The notes beneath the pieces were generated by a model. It saw only the letters and a list, made by a program, of their open reading frames with translations, did no database searches and was not told where the DNA came from. The position numbers and the translations under genes are program-made. A stretch of DNA of 64,000 nucleotides from an uncultured bacterium (GTDB lineage Bacteria > Patescibacteriota > Minisyncoccia > UBA6257 > 2-01-FULL-56-20): NCBI GenBank assembly GCA_963705915.1, contig OY970126.1:296306-360305 (forward strand), in the 5' to 3' direction. Shown piece after piece: positions 36,381 through 44,817 of this stretch (its first letter is position 1; the number at the start of each line of letters is the position of its first letter).

Positions 36381-37877
36381 TTAAAAATTCGTTAATACCG
36401 TTCCGGCCGACACGCCGCTCGTAATTTCTGTCATACCATCATCTCCCGTAAGGCCAACTTGCACTTGCTGCCTCATTGACTGGGCTCCATTCTGGACCAG
36501 CACGAAATAATTATTCCCGTCATTGATGACGAGCCGCGTCGGCACTTCGACAACATTATCATGTTCGCCGATGATGATATGGACGTTACCCGTCATGCCG
36601 TCGTTTATACCCACCGTCGAGCTCGTGAAGTGGAGATCGACTTCATATGCGGGTGAACCATTCACCTGGGTCTGCAGCGTGGAAATCGTGGTGATCGTCG
36701 CAGGGAAACTAACGCCGGTGCCAAAGGCGTCGAGCGTCACGCTCGCGTCGTCCCCTACTTTGATCTTCGCAACATCAGCCTCCGAAACGTAGGTTTGCAT
36801 CTTGAGGCCGGTGTTATTAATGAGTGAAGCAACCGGGGCACCAGGCGTAACCACTTGGCCAATCTTTGCGGTGAGGTTCTCAACCGTTCCCGAAAATGGC
36901 GCGATGAGCTCTGCGTTTTGCAAAGCCACCTGTGCGCTGGCCACCGCCGCCTGTGCCTGCGTCACGGCGGCTTGCTGGGCTTCTATTTGCTGCGGCGTTG
37001 CGCCGGCCTGGGCAAGAGCGAGGGCGTCCTCTGCGCTTGCAAGGCCCGCTTGCGCGCCGGTGAGCGCCGCGAGTGACCCGTTCACTTCGGCCCGCGCGGT
37101 CACGACATCCACCTTAAACGCCGCGAGCATCGCCGCCGAAAGATTCGAGTTCGGCGTAGCGCTGTTTACAGCAAGGGCAAGCGTATCCAGGTAGGATCCG
37201 ATCTCTTGAAGCGTCGCGACGCCCGTAGCCGCAAGTGAGTTTTGGCTTGAACTCGTCGCGATGGTTGCGTTATACCACGTGGCAAGCGCCACGCCAATCG
37301 CTACGCGCTGGTTTTCGATATTGATGACGGTCTGCGAATTTGAATATGAAACGAGAAATATTGGATTGTTGGTATTCGGCTGGCTAAAGAGATTATCCGT
37401 TTGATTTTGAATCGCATCGTCAGCGGCGGCATAGGCGGTTCCGATTTCAACGTCGAGCGACGTGGACGCTGTTGTCACGGCTGTCTCGTCGATTTGCAAT
37501 TGCTCAGGACGCGTACCGCTTTCGAGCTGATCAAGATTGGCTTGTGCTGCGGCGAGCGCTGCGTTTGCCTGGTCAACCCCGGCGGAAAGTGCCGACGTAT
37601 CGAGACTCGCGAGCACCGTTCCCTGCACCACCGTATCCCCTTCTTGAACGTTTACAGCGGCAATCTGACCCGGCGTTTGGAACGAAAGGCCAACGCTATT
37701 TTCGGCAAGCGCCGCTCCCGGCTCGTCGAGCGATTCTACGACGTTCCCGGTTGTGGCCGTCACCGTGTTAAACGAAGGAGCCTGGTTCGTCTCAATATAC
37801 CAGTAAGCTCCGCCACCTACCACAACAATCACGAGAACAATCACGAACGCCCGGTATTTTGCAAAAAATGTTTTCAT
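36381..37877 (-). CDS. HlyD-family efflux periplasmic adaptor with long coiled-coil
   Basis: ORF track 498 aa. N-terminal TM, an Ala/Gln-rich coiled-coil (...AQANLDQLESG...QAAVASAQVALQNAEL...) and a C-terminal beta-barrel. Confidence 0.8.
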   Translation of the reverse strand: MKTFFAKYRAFVIVLVIVVVGGGAYWYIETNQAPSFNTVTATTGNVVESLDEPGAALAENSVGLSFQTPGQIAAVNVQEGDTVVQGTVLASLDTSALSAGVDQANAALAAAQANLDQLESGTRPEQLQIDETAVTTASTSLDVEIGTAYAAADDAIQNQTDNLFSQPNTNNPIFLVSYSNSQTVINIENQRVAIGVALATWYNATIATSSSQNSLAATGVATLQEIGSYLDTLALAVNSATPNSNLSAAMLAAFKVDVVTARAEVNGSLAALTGAQAGLASAEDALALAQAGATPQQIEAQQAAVTQAQAAVASAQVALQNAELIAPFSGTVENLTAKIGQVVTPGAPVASLINNTGLKMQTYVSEADVAKIKVGDDASVTLDAFGTGVSFPATITTISTLQTQVNGSPAYEVDLHFTSSTVGINDGMTGNVHIIIGEHDNVVEVPTRLVINDGNNYFVLVQNGAQSMRQQVQVGLTGDDGMTEITSGVSAGTVLTNF

Positions 37878-38308
37878 ATAGTTTTAATATTTTTGGAAAT
37901 CTTTCGGAGGATGCTGAGTAATTGTGTTCGTTCTTCGTGCGAGAGTGTAGAAAAAAGTTTTGTGAGCCGCTTGAGATGTGCTGTTACCCCTTTCGACAGA
38001 TACCGATTGCCGGAAGCGGTGAGCGATATGCGTATCGCGCGCCGATCCTTGGTGTCGAGCTGGCGTATGAGCAATTTCTCACGAACAAGGCCATCAATGA
38101 GAAGCGTTGCCGCCGGCGGCGTTATTCGAAAATATCTTGCTACATCCCGCATGTAAGGCCGCTTATGTTCTTTCACGTAGCGGAGGGTTTCAAACTGCAA
38201 AAAGGAGGCTGGCTTGCCATTGCCGTGGATACTTTTTCGCATCTGTTCGCGCATCGATCGCCCGATCTCAAAAATCTGCGTTAAAAGTTCCGAAATGCTT
38301 GAATCCAT
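37874..38308 (-). CDS. MarR-family transcriptional regulator
   Basis: ORF track 144 aa with a wHTH (LQFETLRYVKEHKRPYMRDVARYFRITPPAATLLIDGLVREKLL). First gene of the efflux operon. Confidence 0.85.
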   Translation of the reverse strand: MDSSISELLTQIFEIGRSMREQMRKSIHGNGKPASFLQFETLRYVKEHKRPYMRDVARYFRITPPAATLLIDGLVREKLLIRQLDTKDRRAIRISLTASGNRYLSKGVTAHLKRLTKLFSTLSHEERTQLLSILRKISKNIKTI

Positions 38309-38333
38309 GAATAGTTAGGGTACTTAACTATTC
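38309..38333. promoter_or_regulatory. perfect inverted repeat GAATAGTTA-N7-TAACTATTC abutting the marR start codon (candidate MarR operator)
   Basis: Read directly; 9-bp arms. Confidence 0.45.
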
Positions 38334-38450
38334 TACCGCTGGAGATACTATTGGTCAAATAAAACCTTTATTTTGACTTATAGAAATTTATATATTATAA
38401 TATGGGCAGTAATATTACGAACCAAACGCAGTATAAAGACTGGAGGCTAC

Positions 38451-39389
38451 ATGAAGGTAGACATGCTGGGATTCTTGCTCAGCCAGCAAGAAATGTTCTC
38501 TCACGACGTAACGAGCTCGGGTATTTACCCGGCCATCGACATTTGTCATGTTACCGCCGCCCCGCCCGTTCCTCCCTTTCTCACCTATCAAAAGATAGCA
38601 GAAGAGGCCGCCTGGCTTCGAAGCCAGATTGGAGATCGAGTAGAACGCCTAATCTTTGGGCTTCAGCACCCGCCTCTCGACGCTACAGACGAGAACATGC
38701 ACGACCTTCGATACCATTCGGGGATCTCGTTCTCTACGATCGCCTATCAGGGCGTCAACCGATACGGCGGCGGCTTTGCAGAATTAAACGCCCCATTCAC
38801 CAACGACGGCAGGTCTCTTCTCGAGATGATGGCGCGCGCCGGAATGATCCTTGATCTTTCTCACGCTGGCCACCGAACCGCACGGGGAGCGCTCGACTAT
38901 ATTGAAAAGGTCGGGCTGAATCTTCCGGTCGTTGCAACACACACCGGCTGCCATTCCGTGTATGCGAATAAGAGAAACCTGCCAGACGACGTCCTACTCT
39001 CGATTCGAGATCGGGGCGGCATCGTGGGAATCTACAACGTAACGTTCGGCCTCGATGCATCGGACAATTCACTTGCTCCGTTCATCGCGCACATTCGTCA
39101 TGCGCTACATCTTCTGGGTACAGAAGCGGTAGCGGTAGGGAGCGATGGCATCTACCAAACCTTGGACCTCGAGAAGCAGCAGGAGCTTTTCGCAACGATG
39201 AAAGCAAAAATCGATCCGGACGGCATATTTGGATCCCGGTTTCCTGCCGATCCGGTAAGCCTCAATACGCCGACGCGTATGAATGTAATCGCAGACGCGC
39301 TCCGTAAAGAGTTTCCGGACGATGTCGTAGAAAAGATCGTGGGAGGCAACGCCTACAGATTCCTCAAGAAGAACCACCTTGAATTTTGA
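38451..39389 (+). CDS. membrane dipeptidase (peptidase M19)-like protein
   Basis: ORF track ORF from 38373. The internal ATG at 38451 is preceded by a GGAGG RBS. Body contains ILDLSHAGH, VVATHTGCHSV and GSDG motifs. Confidence 0.75.
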   Translation: MKVDMLGFLLSQQEMFSHDVTSSGIYPAIDICHVTAAPPVPPFLTYQKIAEEAAWLRSQIGDRVERLIFGLQHPPLDATDENMHDLRYHSGISFSTIAYQGVNRYGGGFAELNAPFTNDGRSLLEMMARAGMILDLSHAGHRTARGALDYIEKVGLNLPVVATHTGCHSVYANKRNLPDDVLLSIRDRGGIVGIYNVTFGLDASDNSLAPFIAHIRHALHLLGTEAVAVGSDGIYQTLDLEKQQELFATMKAKIDPDGIFGSRFPADPVSLNTPTRMNVIADALRKEFPDDVVEKIVGGNAYRFLKKNHLEF

Positions 39390-39405
39390 CGCGTCGGTTA
39401 GGCTG

Positions 39406-39451
39406 TGGACACAGGGAGAATCGAACTCCCGCCCCCGCAATGCGAATGCGG
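39406..39451 (-). repeat. partial copy of tRNA-Ala 3' portion (anticodon stem to 3' end, 46 nt, 2 mismatches)
   Basis: Direct comparison with 39481..39551. Confidence 0.8.
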
Positions 39452-39455
39452 CCAA

Positions 39456-39473
39456 GCAGTTTCGTTTGTTTAC
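39456..39473. repeat. 18-nt arm (gcagtttcgtttgtttac) of a perfect inverted repeat bracketing tRNA-Ala
   Basis: Exact reverse complement of 39567..39584. Confidence 0.85.
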
Positions 39474-39480
39474 CTTAATG

Positions 39481-39551
39481 TGGACCCAGGGAGAATCGAA
39501 CTCCCGCCCCCGCAATGCGAATGCGGTGTAATACCACTTTACTATGGGCCC
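39481..39551 (-). tRNA. tRNA-Ala (anticodon CGC)
   Basis: Hand-folded: acceptor GGGCCCA/UGGGUCC with G3:U70, D-stem GUAA/UUAC, anticodon stem CCGCA/UGCGG with loop UUCGCAU, T-stem GGGAG/CUCCC with loop UUCGAUU, discriminator A. Confidence 0.85.
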
Positions 39552-39566
39552 ATGGATGAGAACATA

Positions 39567-39584
39567 GTAAACAAACGAAACTGC
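39567..39584. repeat. 18-nt arm (gtaaacaaacgaaactgc) of the inverted repeat bracketing tRNA-Ala
   Basis: Exact reverse complement of 39456..39473. Confidence 0.85.
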
Positions 39585-39600
39585 GTTTTCAATTGTTAAC

Positions 39601-39638
39601 CGCGCCTCTTAGGCGCGAGCCACTTTACTATGGGCCCA
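39601..39638 (-). repeat. partial copy of tRNA-Ala 5' end (19 nt), followed on the minus strand by a 6-bp GC hairpin (cgcgcc/ggcgcg)
   Basis: 39620..39638 is identical to the 5' end of the intact tRNA. The hairpin is at 39601..39617. Confidence 0.75.
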
Positions 39639-39677
39639 AGATTACAACACCTTACCACTTTTCCTACCGAGGGGTAA

Positions 39678-39705
39678 AGCCGCTGCTCACACGCAACGGC
39701 TTTTT
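39678..39705. terminator. 9-bp stem-loop plus T-tract between smc 3' end and the tRNA cluster; possible bidirectional terminator
   Basis: agccgctgc-tcacac-gcaacggct-ttttc. The plus-strand stem has one C.A mismatch (minus-strand G.U) and the T5 tract is on the plus strand. Confidence 0.35.
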
Positions 39706-39716
39706 CTTTACCCAAG

Positions 39717-41927
39717 CTATTTAGCTCCTGCTACAGTTGTTTCTTCGGCTGGTTCGAGTTTTAGCGAAATGATTTTTGAACTGCCATCTTCCGCGAGGGT
39801 CACGCCATAGAGTATTTCGGCGGCTTCCATGGTTGCGCGGTTGTGCGTGACAACGACGAACTGCGTCCGCTTTGAAAAATCGCGCAGCATGTCGCCGAAG
39901 CGGCGCGCGTTGCGTTCGTCGAGCGGTGCATCGATCTCGTCGAGTACAAGGAATGGCGGCGGACTCACGGAAACCATGGCAAAGAGCGCGGCGATACCGA
40001 CAAGGCTCCGTTCACCGCCTGAAAGCATGTCGAGTGACGTTGTTTTCTTGCGCGGTAATTTCACTTCGATCTCAACGCCACCTTCACCTTCGTCATGCTT
40101 CTCGACTGCCTGTTCCACGGCACCGGCGCCCACATCAGCGTCTTCGTCTCCTTCCGTGGACTCGGTTTTCGCCTTCAAGACCTTGAGCCGTGCGGAGCCG
40201 CCGCCGAACATGAGAGCAAAAAACTTATCGAACTCGTCATTAATCTTATGCAAAGACTTCTCAAATTCACTCCTGATCTTCTCTGAAAGATCGGCCATGA
40301 GCGCCGTGAGATCCCCCACTGCGCGAGTGAGATCTTCCGATTCCTTTTGCAAAAACTGATAGCGCTTTTCCGTGTCTTCGGCTTCCTTCATGAGCGCGGT
40401 GTCGACTTCGCCGATGCTTGCGAGGTCACCGCGCAGACGGAACATCCGCCGTTCCATGTCGGCAAAATCAATATTCGTGCTCCCCGCCGGCAGCGGCACA
40501 TCACGAAATTCTTCGGCACGCCGGCCAGCCTGCGCAAGCTGATGAAGCACTTCCTCGCGCCGCATATCAACACGCTCTTTTTGGAGCAAAAGTTCGCGAT
40601 TGGTTTTTTCCCAGTCATCGAGATGCCCTTGCGCGACCTGCACGTCGGCAACGGCAGCTTTGAAGTTAGCGTAAAATGCCTCTTGTCCGGCTTCGAGCGA
40701 TTTCTCCTGCTCGCGGAGTGATGTGATACTTTTTTCGAGCGTTTGCAAATCTTTCGCCGTCTTTTCGAGGTCGCGTCGGAGCGCTTCGGGCACTTCAGCC
40801 GCAGGACGACCTTCGCGTTCTTCGAGCGCAAAACCGATTTCTTCGAGCACGGTTTCGATTGCTGCCTGCACGCCGAGCGGTTCCTCATTCAACGCCTCTT
40901 CAAGCTCTGCCTTTATTTTCTGAAGGACGTCAACAAAATGATCAACCGACCGGTCGCTCCGCGAACCACCGCTCTTTTTTGCCATTTCGATTTGCGCCTC
41001 AATGCGCCCGAGATCTTTCTGAAGCTCGCTTCGCGATTCGGTGAGCTTACGGATTTCGTCTTTCACTTTTTGCAGTTCTTTTCGTTCTTCGGGTTGGCTT
41101 GCTTCGATCGCCGCCTGGCGCGTTTCGGCGGCCTTCTTTTCTTTCTCAAGATGCTCGTACTGCTTTTTATGCTCTTTCATCTGCGCCTCCACTGCCCCAT
41201 CTTTATTCTGCAGATCGCTCAGCTGCGTTCCAAAAAAATGCCCTTCGAGCGATTTCAATTCCTCTTCGAGCGCGCCGCGGCGTTCCCATCGCCCCGTCTG
41301 ACGCTTGAGGGAACGGAGATGTGGCACGATCTCTTCGATGAGCGCAGTCACCTTGTCAAGATTTATTTTAGAATTTTTTAACCTCCGTTCGGCGTCGGCT
41401 TTTTTGATCTGATATTCCCGAAGGCCGAGGATTTCCTCTATCATTTCGCGGCGTTCGAGGGGCGACGACCGGATGAAAAGATCGCTATCGCCCTGACCGA
41501 TAATAATGAGGCCACGGCTGCCGAGACGGGCTTTTGCAAAAAAATCGATGAGGTCACGCAGTAAGATTTCGGATTTATTTAAAAAATATTTGCTTTGCCC
41601 GTCCCGCCGGATTTCGCGCGTCACGACGACTTCCTCATAGTCAACGGGAAAAAATTTGTTGCTGTTTTCAAAATGCAAACTCGCGCTTGCCATGCCGACG
41701 CGCGGCCTTTTCACGGTCCCTGCAAAAATCAGATCCTCCACCTTGGCGCCCCGGAGATTCTTTGCGTCGCGTTCGCCGAGAAGCCATCGCAGGGCATCGA
41801 CGATATTCGATTTGCCGCTGCCATTCGGACCGACGATTGCCACAATGCCGGCCGGGAATTCGAGCGTGGTTTTGCCAGCAAACGATTTGAATCCGTTCAG
41901 TTCGAGGCGTTTCAGAAAATGTGACAT
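39717..41927 (-). CDS. smc: chromosome segregation protein SMC (short, 736 aa)
   Basis: ORF track. N-terminal Walker A GPNGSGKSNIVDAL, long coiled-coil, C-terminal signature LSGGERSLVGIAALFAM and Walker B LVLDEIDAPLDE. Confidence 0.9.
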   Translation of the reverse strand: MSHFLKRLELNGFKSFAGKTTLEFPAGIVAIVGPNGSGKSNIVDALRWLLGERDAKNLRGAKVEDLIFAGTVKRPRVGMASASLHFENSNKFFPVDYEEVVVTREIRRDGQSKYFLNKSEILLRDLIDFFAKARLGSRGLIIIGQGDSDLFIRSSPLERREMIEEILGLREYQIKKADAERRLKNSKINLDKVTALIEEIVPHLRSLKRQTGRWERRGALEEELKSLEGHFFGTQLSDLQNKDGAVEAQMKEHKKQYEHLEKEKKAAETRQAAIEASQPEERKELQKVKDEIRKLTESRSELQKDLGRIEAQIEMAKKSGGSRSDRSVDHFVDVLQKIKAELEEALNEEPLGVQAAIETVLEEIGFALEEREGRPAAEVPEALRRDLEKTAKDLQTLEKSITSLREQEKSLEAGQEAFYANFKAAVADVQVAQGHLDDWEKTNRELLLQKERVDMRREEVLHQLAQAGRRAEEFRDVPLPAGSTNIDFADMERRMFRLRGDLASIGEVDTALMKEAEDTEKRYQFLQKESEDLTRAVGDLTALMADLSEKIRSEFEKSLHKINDEFDKFFALMFGGGSARLKVLKAKTESTEGDEDADVGAGAVEQAVEKHDEGEGGVEIEVKLPRKKTTSLDMLSGGERSLVGIAALFAMVSVSPPPFLVLDEIDAPLDERNARRFGDMLRDFSKRTQFVVVTHNRATMEAAEILYGVTLAEDGSSKIISLKLEPAEETTVAGAK

Positions 41928-41942
41928 GGCGATGCTTGATGC

Positions 41943-42653
41943 TTATTTGTGATTCTTTTTAAGCGCATTTTTTGCGGCCTCAATCTCGGCTTCTTGCTTG
42001 GACGTCCCCTCGCCTTTAGCGATCATTTTCTCGCCAAAGTATACGCCCATCGTGAAGACGCGTTTGTGGGCGGGGCCGACTTCGTCCAAAACCTTGTACG
42101 TCGGCGTGAGCTTGAATTTATCCTGCACGAATTCTTGCAATTCACTTTTCGCGTCACGGTAGCTCTTGGTTTTCAAAACCTCATCAAGATTTATCATCAC
42201 GAATTTTTTGACGAACGGGCGGGTGGCAGAAAATCCTTGATCGAGATACATCGCGCCGATGAGCGCCTCCATGGCATTTGCAAGAATCACTTCGCGGGCT
42301 TTGCCGGTATCTTTTTTCTCTCCGCGTGACATTAAAATGAATTGCTGTAAACCGATCTGTTCGGCGACGCGCGCGAGGATTTGATAATTCACGAGCGCAG
42401 CGCGAAAAACGGTGAGCTGGCCTTCGGGTTGCGTGGGAAATTTTTCAAAAAGCTCCTCGGAAACCAAAAGTTCAAGGACAGCGTCACCCAAATATTCGAG
42501 ACGCTCGTTGTGCGGCAAACGCCATCGCGGATATTCGTTCAAATATGACCGGTGGGTAATCGCCTCAATCAACAAGTCTTCATTTTTGAACTTCACCCCG
42601 ATCGTTTTCGCGAGCGCTTCGGCCGCGGTCATGGCAGCATTTGTCGAGCTCAT
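41943..42653 (-). CDS. rnc: ribonuclease III
   Basis: ORF track 236 aa. ERLEYLGDAVLEL signature and C-terminal dsRBD. Confidence 0.9.
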   Translation of the reverse strand: MSSTNAAMTAAEALAKTIGVKFKNEDLLIEAITHRSYLNEYPRWRLPHNERLEYLGDAVLELLVSEELFEKFPTQPEGQLTVFRAALVNYQILARVAEQIGLQQFILMSRGEKKDTGKAREVILANAMEALIGAMYLDQGFSATRPFVKKFVMINLDEVLKTKSYRDAKSELQEFVQDKFKLTPTYKVLDEVGPAHKRVFTMGVYFGEKMIAKGEGTSKQEAEIEAAKNALKKNHK

Positions 42654-43117
42654 TCCTTTGGTTTCGCCGTCGGAGCCTCCCCTGTTTCCACAGCCTTCTT
42701 TTCGTTTATTTCCCTATAAATGGTTCCGAGGACGCCGTTCACAAACCGCGCGGCATTGGGGCCGCCGTAATTTTTTGCGAGCTCGATCGACTCATTGATT
42801 GCAACCCGCGGCGGCACTTCGTCCGGATCGGCGTAGAGCAATTCGTAGAGACCGATACGTAAAATATTTCGGTCGATAATAGCGATTTTTTCGAGCGGCC
42901 ATTCGGGCGCGGCTTTGCGGATGATGTTGTCGATGTCGCGCAAATGTTCTGCCACGCCATGCAAAATGCGCCACGCAAAATCGGGTTCATCAACGCCCGG
43001 CGCAAACTCCGCCATATTCCGCTCGAGGATTTCGGTGATATCCTTTTTTTGTTTGTAAAAATCCCACTCGTAAAGCGATTGGAGTACTACTGTTCGGATG
43101 AGATGCCGTGTGGCCAT
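42650..43117 (-). CDS. nusB: transcription antitermination factor NusB
   Basis: ORF track 155 aa, NusB-like (RHLIRTVVLQSLYEWDF...). Confidence 0.8.
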   Translation of the reverse strand: MATRHLIRTVVLQSLYEWDFYKQKKDITEILERNMAEFAPGVDEPDFAWRILHGVAEHLRDIDNIIRKAAPEWPLEKIAIIDRNILRIGLYELLYADPDEVPPRVAINESIELAKNYGGPNAARFVNGVLGTIYREINEKKAVETGEAPTAKPKE

Positions 43118-43157
43118 GGAAAGAGCTATTACTGCAAAAGACCGCTAACCGCCCACC

Positions 43158-43310
43158 TTATTTTTTCCCGCATTGTGGGCAAGCGCGATGCGCAAGTTTT
43201 GGCGCACCGCAATTCTTACAAACATATAAACGCTGCTTCTTCATAGCCAAATGCGACCGACGACGGCCGGTCTTGCCTTTGGAATGATGTTTAAGGGGTA
43301 CGCCTCCCAT
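43158..43310 (-). CDS. rpmF: 50S ribosomal protein L32
   Basis: Manual translation gives MGGVPLKHHSKGKTGRRRSHLAMKKQRLYVCKNCGAPKLAHRACPQCGKK. This matches the L32 pattern (basic N-terminus ...RRsH... plus a C-x2-C...C-x2-C zinc ribbon). Below the ORF-track size cutoff. Confidence 0.7.
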   Translation of the reverse strand: MGGVPLKHHSKGKTGRRRSHLAMKKQRLYVCKNCGAPKLAHRACPQCGKK

Positions 43311-43328
43311 ATATGCTCATTCTATCGC

Positions 43329-43967
43329 TTAACGCAAAAAAGTCAATCGATGCATGGGCAAGACGCCATATTTCGCTATCGCTTGGCGATGCAATTTCGT
43401 GCCGTAGCCTTTGTGAAGGTCGAAGCCGTAGATCGGATATTTTTTGGCGAGGCGCGTCATGAAACGGTCTCGCGAAACCTTGGCGATGATGGACGCGATG
43501 GCAACCGCCGGTATCTTTTCGTCTCCTTTTATGATCGTCTTGGCTTGCTTTGGCTGCTTTTCTCGACTGCCGATGAAGAGGCCGCCGTCCAGGAAGATTG
43601 CAGTTTCCGTGAGAGATTTGCCCCTCCGAAATTTTCTCGCCAGTGTCTTTGGGGTAGGTTCTCGTTTTGTGATCTTGAACGAAAGCCGCTCGTATGCCCG
43701 TGAGGCCGCGAGATTTGCGGCTCGTGAGATATTACGTTTCTCGATTTGGCGCGGATAGACTCGCGCCAAGGCAAAATCGATTTGTTTATTATGTATTAAA
43801 AATTTGAACCAAGCCTCCCGCTGCAGCTTCGTCAGTTTTTTAGAATCCTTTAATGTTCCGAGTTGTGTATTGCGAATGTTCCCGCGAACGCTTGCCGCGA
43901 CAACAACAACCGGACCAGCAAGGCATCCCCTGCCAACTTCATCAATGCCGATAATGTGGTTAACCAT
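43329..43967 (-). CDS. rnhB: ribonuclease HII
   Basis: ORF track 212 aa. MVNHIIGIDEVGRGCLAGPVVVAA is the typical RNase HII N-terminus. Confidence 0.9.
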   Translation of the reverse strand: MVNHIIGIDEVGRGCLAGPVVVVAASVRGNIRNTQLGTLKDSKKLTKLQREAWFKFLIHNKQIDFALARVYPRQIEKRNISRAANLAASRAYERLSFKITKREPTPKTLARKFRRGKSLTETAIFLDGGLFIGSREKQPKQAKTIIKGDEKIPAVAIASIIAKVSRDRFMTRLAKKYPIYGFDLHKGYGTKLHRQAIAKYGVLPMHRLTFLR

Positions 43968-43968
43968 T

Positions 43969-44484
43969 TTAGAACAAACCGCCGGTTGCCTGGGTTGGCG
44001 TTATGCCGGTGCCGCTCAAGGCGCTATTAATGTCGCCCAAATATGACTGTGCAAGCGCGAAGGTCAGCCAGATCGTCACAATTGTTGAGATTACGGTGAG
44101 CGCGATCGCGATTATTCCCATCCTTTGTGCTTTTGGATCACCGCTCTTAAAATATTTCACACCAGGCCAAAAACCGAGCGGTGGCAAAAGCACACTCACC
44201 GTGTAAATCCAAATTTTTGAAAGCGTGGATGTTGAAAGTGGTTTGAAATTAAGCGACTTGCCGCAATTCGGACAAAACGTGTAATACATCGGCACGACGG
44301 CACCGCACGAAGCGCATATGGTGCTCGTGAGCTTTGCGAGCTCTTCCGGCGTTAGATTCTTGGCCTGGGTAAGCCCGGGCTGGATCGTTGGCCCGGTTTG
44401 CGATGCACCGGCCTGCGCCGCCGGAGGTGACGGGGGTACGGGAATCGATGGATATGAAGACTGTGGCGATTCGTTTTCTGCCAT
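43969..44484 (-). CDS. zinc-ribbon plus two-TM hypothetical protein
   Basis: ORF track 171 aa. Pro-rich N-terminus, CASCG...CPNCG zinc ribbon, then two TM helices. Confidence 0.55.
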   Translation of the reverse strand: MAENESPQSSYPSIPVPPSPPAAQAGASQTGPTIQPGLTQAKNLTPEELAKLTSTICASCGAVVPMYYTFCPNCGKSLNFKPLSTSTLSKIWIYTVSVLLPPLGFWPGVKYFKSGDPKAQRMGIIAIALTVISTIVTIWLTFALAQSYLGDINSALSGTGITPTQATGGLF

Positions 44485-44562
44485 TCATTTTATTTTAGCA
44501 TGGATAGGACGTTGAATGGATTGCGTAAAACCTCGTTTTCTTTTATTATATAATGCAATCAA

Positions 44563-44619
44563 GCCCCTATAGCTCAGCCCGGTAGAGCAGCTCCCTTTAT
44601 GAGAGCCAAGGGCTCTCAT
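44563..44619 (+). repeat. partial copy of tRNA-Lys 5' 36 nt (35/36 identical) followed by a perfect 9-bp hairpin (ATGAGAGCC-AAG-GGCTCTCAT)
   Basis: 44563..44598 versus 44672..44707. Hairpin at 44599..44619. Confidence 0.8.
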
Positions 44620-44636
44620 CGGCTGGTTCGTTCGTT

Positions 44637-44655
44637 GAAAACAAAAGGGCAAATC
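44637..44655. repeat. 19-nt arm (gaaaacaaaagggcaaatc) of an inverted repeat bracketing tRNA-Lys
   Basis: Complement of 44759..44777 with a single G.U-compatible mismatch. Confidence 0.8.
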
Positions 44656-44671
44656 AAATTATGAGCAGTGT

Positions 44672-44745
44672 GCCCCTATAGCTCAGCCTGGTAGAGCAGC
44701 TCCCTTTTAAGGAGATGGTCCCAGGTTCAAATCCTGGTGGGGGCA
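44672..44745 (+). tRNA. tRNA-Lys (anticodon UUU)
   Basis: Hand-folded: acceptor GCCCCUA/UGGGGGC, D-stem GCUC/GAGC, anticodon stem GCUCC/GGAGA (27:43 G.A) with loop CUUUUAA, variable UGGUC, T-stem CCAGG/CCUGG with loop UUCAAAU, discriminator A. Confidence 0.85.
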
Positions 44746-44758
44746 CACTGCCCGGAAT

Positions 44759-44808
44759 GATTTGTCCTTTTGTTTTCACCTCACTGCCAGCCGTAAGGAG
44801 ATGGTCCC
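44759..44808 (+). repeat. second arm of the tRNA-Lys-flanking inverted repeat (44759..44777) followed by a 15-nt internal tRNA-Lys fragment (44794..44808)
   Basis: gatttgtccttttgttttc; then taaggagatggtccc, identical to tRNA positions ~36-50. Confidence 0.75.
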
Positions 44809-44817
44809 TGCCAGATG

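Noticed and set aside
39556-39640. Possible second tRNA (with CTAAGAG anticodon-like hairpin) upstream of tRNA-Ala
   Set aside because: Only the first 19 nt match a tRNA. The remainder cannot be folded into D, anticodon and T arms with a usable acceptor 3' strand. It is treated as a 5' fragment plus hairpin rather than a gene.
44563-44640. First tRNA-Lys-like sequence as an independent tRNA gene
   Set aside because: After 36 matching nt it diverges. No complementary anticodon-stem 3' strand or canonical T-arm can be found. It is called a partial copy.
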